A stretch of 25,868 bases of DNA. It comes from a virus. Its lineage: Duplodnaviria > Caudoviricetes. The notes under the pieces are model-generated. The model saw nothing but the letters and a program-made list of their open reading frames with translations, ran no database searches and was not told where the DNA came from. Positions 1-8,101 of the stretch are shown here, piece by piece; position 1 is the first letter of the stretch, and every line of letters begins with the position of its first letter. Location: positions 1-25,868 of IMG/VR virus record IMGVR_UViG_3300027672_000079; one strand, 5' to 3'. The position numbers and the translations under genes were made by a program.

Positions 1-2
1 TT

Positions 3-1283
3 AGATTTCTTGAAGAGCGTGGTGAACCACAGGCTGCGTTAGCAGAATATTCTAATACTATATATGGTAATCCTTTAAATACTATTCCTTCCATGAATAA
101 ACAAATTACTACTCCGGGACAGCAAGGCCCAAGTACAGGACAACAGTTACTAGGACTTGGTTTATCTGCTGCTAACATCTATGGTATGGGAGGCGGTTCT
201 GCTTTTGGTGGACCGGGATTTAGCGGTAAAAATCTTTTTGGATATAAACAAGGTGGTGGCCTATCTGATCTTGTATATAGACAGCAAGGTGGAGGTATGG
301 GACTCGATTCTGTTTCTGAAGAAGATGCAGAAAAAATTAAAAATCAATTAGACGCTACAGTTGCAGCACAAGAAACTCAACAGCCTGTAAATACACAGGT
401 TAAAAATAGTAGTCCTGCAATAAATGCTATCCGAAATTTAATACCTAATGACTTTGCTATGACACGAGCATTAACTAATCCTGCTCTTCCATCAGGCGTA
501 GAAACTGAAGAAAGTATAAGAGCAAGAACCGAAGGTACTAAGACATCTTATAGAGATGCTTTACAGGCAGACCTTGCTTCTCGTGAAGAATTAACAAAAG
601 GAAGAACAGTAAGTAAAGAAAAGTTTGCCAGAGAACAAGCAGATAAATCTAGAAAAGCTTTGAAAGGCTACGATCCTGCTATATTATCTAATCTTGCTGC
701 TGCTTTATTTAATCCAGACATTAGTGCTGGCGAAGGTCTTGCTATGGGCATTGAGGCAAGACAAGAAACTCTTAAAAAGAATAAAGCAGAACTGAGAAAA
801 ATTGATTCTAACTTAGCTATTGCTTTAGATGCTAACGAAGATATGTTGTTTGAATCAGCTATATCAGGATTAGATAAAGAAACTGCACAGGCTATGGAGT
901 TTATTAGAGGCGATGCAGAAGTGTTAGAACGTATTGCACAGATACCTGCCAAGCAACGAAAAGAAGTTGTAGATGCTATTGTGTCTGGTGCTACAATTGA
1001 TGCTGCATTTGCAAAAGCAAGGGCATCTGGCAAAACTGCTAAAACACTTCCAAATTTATCTGCTGTTCAAACAGAAATGAGTGCTGCACTAAATGTCAGA
1101 GGATTTGGATCACTTGTAGATGGGGCTTTTGTAGCTAGTGGTAAACTTTATGGTGATAAAAGAACTGCAGCCCGAGTTAATGAAGCACGTAGAAGTACAA
1201 TTGAAGCTCTTAGAGAAAATCCAAGTCAGCCCGATCAGGCTTTAAAAATATTTAATTCAGTTCTTGATAGATTAAGCAAATAA
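3..1283 (+). CDS. Probable internal virion/DNA ejection protein, 5'-truncated
   Basis: The frame of ORF 93..1283 is open back to position 3 (RFLEERGEPQAALAEYSNTIYGNPLN...), so the true start lies upstream of the window. The protein is Gly/Ala/Gln-rich and helical, and precedes a very large virion-like gene. Confidence 0.55.
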   Translation, partial: RFLEERGEPQAALAEYSNTIYGNPLNTIPSMNKQITTPGQQGPSTGQQLLGLGLSAANIYGMGGGSAFGGPGFSGKNLFGYKQGGGLSDLVYRQQGGGMGLDSVSEEDAEKIKNQLDATVAAQETQQPVNTQVKNSSPAINAIRNLIPNDFAMTRALTNPALPSGVETEESIRARTEGTKTSYRDALQADLASREELTKGRTVSKEKFAREQADKSRKALKGYDPAILSNLAAALFNPDISAGEGLAMGIEARQETLKKNKAELRKIDSNLAIALDANEDMLFESAISGLDKETAQAMEFIRGDAEVLERIAQIPAKQRKEVVDAIVSGATIDAAFAKARASGKTAKTLPNLSAVQTEMSAALNVRGFGSLVDGAFVASGKLYGDKRTAARVNEARRSTIEALRENPSQPDQALKIFNSVLDRLSK

Positions 1284-1284
1284 A

Positions 1285-4200
1285 ATGTCTTCAGAATTAG
1301 CTACAAAAAGTGGTGACGAAATTTTTGAAGAGATATCAAGAAGAGTTGATGCGTCTTTAGATGTTGACTCTTCACCAACTAGTTTACCTATACCGACTGT
1401 TTCCACTACAACATCTTTAGATGAAGTACCTTTATATAAAAAAAGTGGTGACGAGATTTTTGAAGAGATATCAAGAAGAGTTGATGCGTCTTTAGGTGTT
1501 CCTGACGCTGCTCAACCTGTTGCTGCTCCTTCCGATCAGCCTGAATATACTATGGATAGTCTCGATACTAATCGAGAATGGATTAAGAATGCTAAAACTT
1601 TTCATCAGCATTTAGAAGGTGAAGATTGGAAAGGCTCTGATAAAAACCTTGCCGAATGGTTTAAGCGTCGTCATGCCCAACTTAACAATGATATTGTCAA
1701 TATGGGAGCAACCGCTTATTCTATAGATGATATGGACGATGCTACTAAAAAATCTTTAGTAGATTCTATGGATATGTATGACGATACAGATAGTGATGTA
1801 GGTTCGGCTTTAAGAGCTTTACGTTATTCACTAACTGATCCTTTAAATTTAGCGGCTGTTGGTGTTGGAATTCTGACGGCTGGAGCGGCTACGCCTCTCT
1901 TAACACCTCTAGTTGGTGCATCTAGAGCGGCTGCTATTGCTAGTAGATTAGCATTTAAATCTCAACTTAAAAAACAACTAATTGAAAAAGGTATAGGAAA
2001 AGAAGCGGCTGAAGAAATAATTAAGACAGGCGCGTCTAAAGAAGTTTCTGAAGAAGTAATAAAACAAGTAGTTAAGGACTCCGCTAAAAAGGTAGCTCTT
2101 ACTACAGGTGGTACTGGTTTTGCAGGGGGTGCTGCCTATGGCGCAGCTATGGACCTTGCAGATCAGTCTTTAGATTTAAACCTTGGTAGAGTCTATGATA
2201 ATGATGTATATGAAAGATTTATTGCAGAAGGCATGTCTCCTGAAGAAGCGCGTGAACTATCAAAAGCTGATAGCATAGATTATAAACAATTAGCTTTAGT
2301 AACATTATTTAGCGGTGTTATAGGCGGAGGCGCTAACTTTGGTATTAGTAAATGGGCTGCTAGGCGCATGAATAAAAAAGTTGGCAATGCTGCTGTACGT
2401 GCAGAAAGACTTGCCGAAGCTGAAGCTGAAGCCCTTGGACAACTAGTACCTTCAACAACCGTTGTTATGAGCAAAGTGCCACAGAAAATAGGTGATGATC
2501 TTACCGTAGCTTCACAAAAAGTAGAGGCTAATGGTAATGTAGTTGTTGAGGTTCCAATAGAAGAAGGCTTTGGAGAGGTAACAGGAGCAGCAAAGAAAAG
2601 ATTAGAAAAAGCTAGAAAGGATAAACTTAAAGAAATTAGAAAAGGTATAGAAAATAACCCAAATGTAAAGGACACTGTTGAAGAAGTTTTGCCTGATGGA
2701 AGTGTACGTTTTACAAGTAAGAAAAAAGCAACAGCCGGAATTGCTGAAACAGAAATAAATATTAATGGAAGAACTCTTGTTCAAAAAGTTTTAGCATCTA
2801 CTCAACGTGCTTTAGGATCAGGTGCTGGTTTAGGACAAGCTCAGAAAAGAAGGCGGGAGCGTTTAGACGCTACTCGTATTTTATCTGAAAGATTAGTTGC
2901 AAGAAATCTTAGTCGATTGCAAACTGCCGTTAAAAAAGATTTGAATACAAAAGTTGAAAGTTTAGATAAAGAAACACTTACTTTAATAGATAATGGTTTT
3001 CGTGGCAATGCTGCTGCTCTTTCAACTCTTAGTTCTCGTGCGCCTAATATTTTAAAAGAAGTTAATTTAATGCGAGATAATGTTAAAGATTTTCAGCAAC
3101 AATTAATAGATACAAAAGCAATAAAAAAAGACTCAGAACTTGAAACAAGAATTACCCAATCAATAGATGGTGATACTGAACTATACGTTACTACAAGCTA
3201 TGAAAAATTTGATAATCCTAATTTTTCTAAAGAATTTATTAAAACAATTGAAGGAGAAAAAGCTTTAAAGGATGCTAGACAATTATTTAGCAATCAGTAT
3301 AGAAACATAGATGATGGTTATAAAGCAGCTAAAGAAGCTCAAGACGCTAAACAAACTTTAACCAAAGAACAAGATAGTTTAATTAGGCAAGTTGAAAAAG
3401 AACCAGAAGGATACATAAACCAACAGTTTGAAAAAATATTAACTGTTCACGATGAGGGTGATTTATTTACAGCTTTTGGGCAGATAGACACACCCCAATC
3501 CGCTCTCAAAATCTTGTCTAAAAAGAAAGATATAAATGAAGTTATTCGTACACTTATGGGCGAAAGTAAAAATCCATTTCAAAATTATGCTAATACTTTA
3601 TCAAAGCTTATGCAGACCGTTGAAACAATTAATTATGAACAAGAGGTAGCAAAAGCTATTAGAGCAGGAGAAATTAAAGGTGCAGCAACAAACATTATTG
3701 CTGCTCAAGATATTACAAAATCATTAACATCTCGTATTCCTAGTCGAGCAGATATTACTAGACCGTTACAAGAAACATCACCAGATATTACAAGTCCACT
3801 TGAAGGTTTATTTGCTACTCCTCAAACTCAATCTGCAATAGAACTTGGTAATGAATTTATTTCTAATTGGGGTAAAGTAGGACAAACTTATATGCTTGTT
3901 CAAGGCTATACTCGCGCAGCAAAAACTGTTTATAGTTCAACCGCAGTTGCGCGTAACTTTATTGGCGGTGGTTATATGGCTTTTGGTGCAGGATACCTAA
4001 ACCCTAAAAATTTAAAAGCTATGAAAGATACTGCTAGGGGCATGGGGCTTTTTCCTGACGAGCAACTTCGGGCAGAATATGAAAAGGGTGTTGCTTTAGG
4101 GTACTATCAAGCGGGTATTGATTTAGGTACTTTTAGAGGTGCTTTGCAAGATGCAGGTAAAGAAGCTTTTTGGGATTTAAGTGATCCAATTTATCAAGGC

Positions 4201-5754
4201 AAAGGTTTTTTAAATAAAATTAAAGGTCGCGCAGGAAATTTAAATAGAAAAGCAATTACTTTTTATCAGTCTATGGATGATATGTGGAAAGGTTTTGCCA
4301 ATGCTAATGAAAAAAGCAATCAACGTCAGATTTTAATAGATAAAGGAATTAATCCTGACGAAGTTATAAGAACATTTAGATCAAGTGATGGTCTTCCTAT
4401 TAAAATTACTAAGTTAGATGAAGAAGCTGCTGCTCAAGTAAACTTACACATGCAAAACTACAACGGTATCCCACAACTTCTTAGAAAAGCTAGGCAAGCT
4501 CCTCTTGCTGACTTTCTATCTTTTAAATATGAAATGATTAGAACGCAGGGTAACATTCTTAAATCAGCTTTTAAAGATTTAAAAGAAGGTAGCGACCAAA
4601 TGAAGCTTGGTGTTAAAAATGCTGATGGTTCTTTACAAGGCGAAGCACAAAGAAATTTAGGAAGAAAAAGATTTGGTTCTATTGTCGCCGCACAAGCTTC
4701 TGCTCCAGCACTAGCCCTAACATTTTCTACATTAATGGGTTTAGAAGAAAAAGAAAACCCTGATAATCCTTACACTAAAAGAGAAGGAATAGAATATTTT
4801 CTTCCTGATTTTGCTAAAGGCGCAGAATATCTTTATACAGACTATGATTCTAAAACAGGTAAAGGAATCAGAACCAGTTTAAGTTATATTAATCCTTGGG
4901 CAGCATCTCCACAAAATGATCCACTAAGGGCCGCACTAAGAGCCTCTAACCAAGGTGAGTATGTAGAAGGTGCTGTTGATGATGCTTTATATAGAGGAGC
5001 AGTGCAGCCTATTGTTGATAGTGTTGGTCCTAGTATGTTTTTTGAGGCTGTACGATCATTGGCTACGGGCGAAGATGAATATGGCCGTCCGTTAAGTAGT
5101 TCTCCTTTATGGAACGATCAAGCTATAGCTAGATTAAAACAAGCTTCTAAAGGGTTTGAACCGGGTATTATAAAAAGTGGTAGAGATATTTATCAAGGTT
5201 ATAAAGTTAAACGTACAAAATCTGGTCGAGAAATAAGTGGAGGATTTGCATTAACTGCCGCAGCTACTGGCATTAAACCAGAATTTTTTGACATTGGCAG
5301 AGAAGTAGGATTTAAACTTAGTACATTATCACGAGATATGGGTAAATACGATAATATATTTAACGAAATTGTTCGTGATAGAAGACCAAGAGATACTTCA
5401 GAATTTATAGATGCTTACAAAAAAACTTTAGAGCTTCAGTACAATAGATCAACAGAAATATTTGATGCAATATCTCACGCAGAATCTGCTGGTTTAGATA
5501 CGTCAGCTATAGTTAACTCTATTACTGACAATGGTTTATTTGAAAACAGACTTGATGAAAAAGTATTGATAAATTTAGTTGAAGGAGAGGGTACATTTCT
5601 ACCTGCTCCCCCAAATGTAGATACAATTTATAAATGGAGTGAATCAATTAAAAATTTATATGGAGGAAAATACACACCTCCAGTTGAGGATGTTTTATCT
5701 CAAATGATAGATATATACAGCCAGTATTCTGGCACTACAACAGGAGTACGATAA
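1285..5754 (+). CDS. Large (1489 aa) probable internal virion/ejectosome protein
   Basis: Size, Ala/Gly-rich hydrophobic helices at about aa 185-360, and position at the end of the structural arm before lysis genes, as for podovirus internal core proteins. No catalytic motif recognised. Confidence 0.6.
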   Translation: MSSELATKSGDEIFEEISRRVDASLDVDSSPTSLPIPTVSTTTSLDEVPLYKKSGDEIFEEISRRVDASLGVPDAAQPVAAPSDQPEYTMDSLDTNREWIKNAKTFHQHLEGEDWKGSDKNLAEWFKRRHAQLNNDIVNMGATAYSIDDMDDATKKSLVDSMDMYDDTDSDVGSALRALRYSLTDPLNLAAVGVGILTAGAATPLLTPLVGASRAAAIASRLAFKSQLKKQLIEKGIGKEAAEEIIKTGASKEVSEEVIKQVVKDSAKKVALTTGGTGFAGGAAYGAAMDLADQSLDLNLGRVYDNDVYERFIAEGMSPEEARELSKADSIDYKQLALVTLFSGVIGGGANFGISKWAARRMNKKVGNAAVRAERLAEAEAEALGQLVPSTTVVMSKVPQKIGDDLTVASQKVEANGNVVVEVPIEEGFGEVTGAAKKRLEKARKDKLKEIRKGIENNPNVKDTVEEVLPDGSVRFTSKKKATAGIAETEININGRTLVQKVLASTQRALGSGAGLGQAQKRRRERLDATRILSERLVARNLSRLQTAVKKDLNTKVESLDKETLTLIDNGFRGNAAALSTLSSRAPNILKEVNLMRDNVKDFQQQLIDTKAIKKDSELETRITQSIDGDTELYVTTSYEKFDNPNFSKEFIKTIEGEKALKDARQLFSNQYRNIDDGYKAAKEAQDAKQTLTKEQDSLIRQVEKEPEGYINQQFEKILTVHDEGDLFTAFGQIDTPQSALKILSKKKDINEVIRTLMGESKNPFQNYANTLSKLMQTVETINYEQEVAKAIRAGEIKGAATNIIAAQDITKSLTSRIPSRADITRPLQETSPDITSPLEGLFATPQTQSAIELGNEFISNWGKVGQTYMLVQGYTRAAKTVYSSTAVARNFIGGGYMAFGAGYLNPKNLKAMKDTARGMGLFPDEQLRAEYEKGVALGYYQAGIDLGTFRGALQDAGKEAFWDLSDPIYQGKGFLNKIKGRAGNLNRKAITFYQSMDDMWKGFANANEKSNQRQILIDKGINPDEVIRTFRSSDGLPIKITKLDEEAAAQVNLHMQNYNGIPQLLRKARQAPLADFLSFKYEMIRTQGNILKSAFKDLKEGSDQMKLGVKNADGSLQGEAQRNLGRKRFGSIVAAQASAPALALTFSTLMGLEEKENPDNPYTKREGIEYFLPDFAKGAEYLYTDYDSKTGKGIRTSLSYINPWAASPQNDPLRAALRASNQGEYVEGAVDDALYRGAVQPIVDSVGPSMFFEAVRSLATGEDEYGRPLSSSPLWNDQAIARLKQASKGFEPGIIKSGRDIYQGYKVKRTKSGREISGGFALTAAATGIKPEFFDIGREVGFKLSTLSRDMGKYDNIFNEIVRDRRPRDTSEFIDAYKKTLELQYNRSTEIFDAISHAESAGLDTSAIVNSITDNGLFENRLDEKVLINLVEGEGTFLPAPPNVDTIYKWSESIKNLYGGKYTPPVEDVLSQMIDIYSQYSGTTTGVR
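1305..1500 (+). repeat. 61-bp direct repeat (1305-1365 and 1440-1500), in frame
   Basis: The copies of aaaaagtggtgacga(a/g)atttttgaagagatatcaagaagagttgatgcgtctttag(a/g)tgtt differ at 2 positions and start 135 nt apart. Each encodes KSGDEIFEEISRRVDASL. Confidence 0.95.
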
Positions 5755-5999
5755 TGCCTAACGATCCTACTATGATTTGGAATGCAATACTAAGCATAGC
5801 ATGTGGCTCATTTGTATGGTGGGTGCGTGGCATTAGCCAACAGGTACAAGATACTAAGCGGCGTATAGCCGACACACGAGAAGAAGCCGCCAAGACCTAT
5901 GCTACTAAAGACGAGGTAGATAAAGACCTCAATAAAATTATGGCTAGGTTTGATAGGCTTGAAGCTAAGTTAGATTCTTTTTTAATAAAGGTAAAATAA
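5754..5999 (+). CDS. Small membrane protein (1 TM + coiled coil), holin/lysis-associated candidate
   Basis: N-terminal hydrophobic helix (MIWNAILSIACGSFVWWV) followed by a coiled coil. TAATG-coupled to both the upstream gene and the endolysin. Confidence 0.55.
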   Translation: MPNDPTMIWNAILSIACGSFVWWVRGISQQVQDTKRRIADTREEAAKTYATKDEVDKDLNKIMARFDRLEAKLDSFLIKVK

Positions 6000-6379
6000 T
6001 GTTAGAGAATTTGTTTTTTACTGCTAAGGAAATGGCCTGTCATGGTACAGGTGAATGCGAGATGGACGATAACTTCATGGAGAAGTTAATATCAATTCGT
6101 AAAAAGTTTAATACTCCTATGATTATCAATTCAGGTTACAGACATATAGCTCATAACTCTGCTATCAACGGTGCGCCTAAGTCACCACATATTTATGGTC
6201 GAGCAGTTGACGTAGCTGTGTCAGGTAAGGATGCTTACCGTCTAATTCGTATTGCAATGGAGATGGGAATGACCGGTATTGGTGTGGCTCAGAGAGGGCC
6301 AATCGAGAGAAGGTTCATTCACCTAGACGATATGAACGGTGAAGACCACCCTCGGCCTTGGGTGTGGAGTTATAAGTAA
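5999..6379 (+). CDS. Endolysin, peptidase M15A (Peptidase_M15_3) family
   Basis: Motifs INSGYR, HN, SPHIYGRAVD and FIHLD are typical of Zn-dependent M15 peptidases. Confidence 0.88.
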   Translation: MLENLFFTAKEMACHGTGECEMDDNFMEKLISIRKKFNTPMIINSGYRHIAHNSAINGAPKSPHIYGRAVDVAVSGKDAYRLIRIAMEMGMTGIGVAQRGPIERRFIHLDDMNGEDHPRPWVWSYK

Positions 6380-6384
6380 AGGAA

Positions 6385-6421
6385 ACGGCTATATCAACGC
6401 TAAGGGGGTAGAGAGAGCCGT
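6385..6421. terminator. Imperfect hairpin between convergent arms, possible terminator
   Basis: An acggct...agccgt outer stem with a mismatched inner stem lies in the 65-bp gap between convergent genes. There is no clear U-tract. Confidence 0.35.
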
Positions 6422-6444
6422 ACAGAGCAGGTGACTTGTTTAGG

Positions 6445-6942
6445 CTAGGTTGCTGCCCCAACACTCTCCAACGGCTCTCCTGCCTCATCCTCGGCAGCGT
6501 TTTCTTCCAAATCTTCTTCATCGAAGAACAAATCTGCATAATCTGTCTTAGATAGCAGATCAATCAGTTTTTCTTGGCCTAATACGTTAAGGCATTTTAT
6601 AATTGAAAGCTCTAGGGCTTCACGATCTCTTGGTACTTTCGTATCTGAATTAGCACCACGTACTCTACCTAATAATTCAAGTGCTTTGATGGCACTGTTA
6701 GTGTGTCCATTCGTGGCAGCATATGAGTACTGCTTCTCAATCTCCTCAAGAACATTGACATTAGTTTCTAGTTCATTCTCTAATGTATGAACTCGTTCTA
6801 CAACCTCGTCTATCTGTAGCAGTCGATAGCCTTGGTTATATGCTGACTTATCCGAATACCCTGCGGCCTTAGCTGCCTCGGTTGCATTGCGGTGCAGCAC
6901 ATAAGCCTGTGCAAACTTTTCTTGTTTCTCGTTTAAGGCCAT
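6445..6942 (-). CDS. terS: Terminase small subunit
   Basis: The N-terminus LNEKQEKFAQAYV..NATEAAKAAGYS.KSAYNQGYRLL and the later AIKALELLGR match the Terminase_2 HTH pattern. Acidic tail. Confidence 0.85.
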   Translation of the reverse strand: MALNEKQEKFAQAYVLHRNATEAAKAAGYSDKSAYNQGYRLLQIDEVVERVHTLENELETNVNVLEEIEKQYSYAATNGHTNSAIKALELLGRVRGANSDTKVPRDREALELSIIKCLNVLGQEKLIDLLSKTDYADLFFDEEDLEENAAEDEAGEPLESVGAAT

Positions 6943-6944
6943 TG

Positions 6945-7349
6945 TTATTTCTTCATGTTGTTACGAGCAACACCTTTCCACTTTTCTGCGGTACGCATAC
7001 CACCAAGACCTAGTAATGCCATAACAAGGCTAGTAAGTTCTGATGTCTCTAATGTAGGTAAGAATACATCTGGTGAGTACATCAGCAGTGTCCAGCTAAT
7101 AATAGGAGCTAGTATAAACTGCCACGCTAAAGCAAAACAGCATACCCACATGATGGCTGGTCTTGCTCCACTTACAAAGACAGAAGGATGCTTGGCCTGT
7201 TCGATGTTAGCCTGTGCTTGAGCCATGTCTAGTGTAATAAGCTGGGACTTTAGTTCAGACTCTAGCTTAACCCGTAGGTCTTTGTCTTCAACAAACTTAT
7301 CTAGTACTTTACCAGCTACTCCTACAACTGAATCTAAAATACCAATCAT
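6945..7349 (-). CDS. Holin, GTA_holin_3TM family
   Basis: Motifs N.EQAKHPSVFVSGARPAIMWVC and LLGLGGMRTAEKWKGV, with hydrophobic helices. Confidence 0.85.
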   Translation of the reverse strand: MIGILDSVVGVAGKVLDKFVEDKDLRVKLESELKSQLITLDMAQAQANIEQAKHPSVFVSGARPAIMWVCCFALAWQFILAPIISWTLLMYSPDVFLPTLETSELTSLVMALLGLGGMRTAEKWKGVARNNMKK

Positions 7350-8101
7350 AGCTTCTCTCCTTCTTTTTTCTTAAGTGCTGTAACCTGTGGATACATTTCA
7401 AGTTTATAGCCTTCAACAATAAGATTGTCTTCCTCATTAGGAGTATCAAAGAACAAATATATTTTTATATCGGGGTACTTAAAGGACATGTCAGCAAAGA
7501 AGTTTAACCATGCTTTAGGTTCAAACACAGAAATATGTACGTTAGTTCCGTCAGCAAACTTTTTTAACGCTGGGACACAAGCAATATTAAAGAACGCTAT
7601 CTTACCAGCATAGGATAAAATCTCATTTACTACCCACTTCAGGTCTGTCTCTGGTATATGTTCTAAAACATCAGTACAAATCACTGCATCAAAGTTACCC
7701 TTTTCCCATGCGTCAGGAAGTGTATCATGTTGCTCGTATGCAGGGTCATACAGTCTAAAAGAATCTAAATTCCAAAGCTCTCCAAGGGGCTTATCTATTT
7801 CATCAGATAGTTCTTTGAAGTTATCGCCGTAAAGAATGCCCTTACCAGCACCATAATCTAATAAAGTAATACAGTCATTTTTTTCTAGATAGCTTCCAAT
7901 AATATCTATATATTTTAATAGACTCTTACCGTTAAACATTCCTTTAGCTGCTGAGTGCATCTTTTTGTATTCTGAAAGAAGCTTATGATATTCTTCAGAG
8001 GCATTATACTTATGAGTATGGGACGACTCATAATCAATCTCCCTGTCTGGAACATGTCCCCATTTAGAAATCTTGGTTTCTTCCCAGCTATCATCAGTCA
8101 T
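7346..8101 (-). CDS. Class I SAM-dependent methyltransferase
   Basis: Motif I LLDYGAGKG, then YDPA and FDAVICTDVLEHIPE. Confidence 0.85.
   Translation of the reverse strand: MTDDSWEETKISKWGHVPDREIDYESSHTHKYNASEEYHKLLSEYKKMHSAAKGMFNGKSLLKYIDIIGSYLEKNDCITLLDYGAGKGILYGDNFKELSDEIDKPLGELWNLDSFRLYDPAYEQHDTLPDAWEKGNFDAVICTDVLEHIPETDLKWVVNEILSYAGKIAFFNIACVPALKKFADGTNVHISVFEPKAWLNFFADMSFKYPDIKIYLFFDTPNEEDNLIVEGYKLEMYPQVTALKKKEGEKL

Noticed and set aside
668-1033. Antisense ORFs, here and at 2280-2675, 15428-15853, 17807-18577 and elsewhere
   Set aside because: They are shadow ORFs opposite well-supported genes, explained by codon bias.
6315-6563. ORF spanning the convergence point, considered as a spanin
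   Set aside because: It has no lipobox or TM segment and overlaps both terS and the endolysin.
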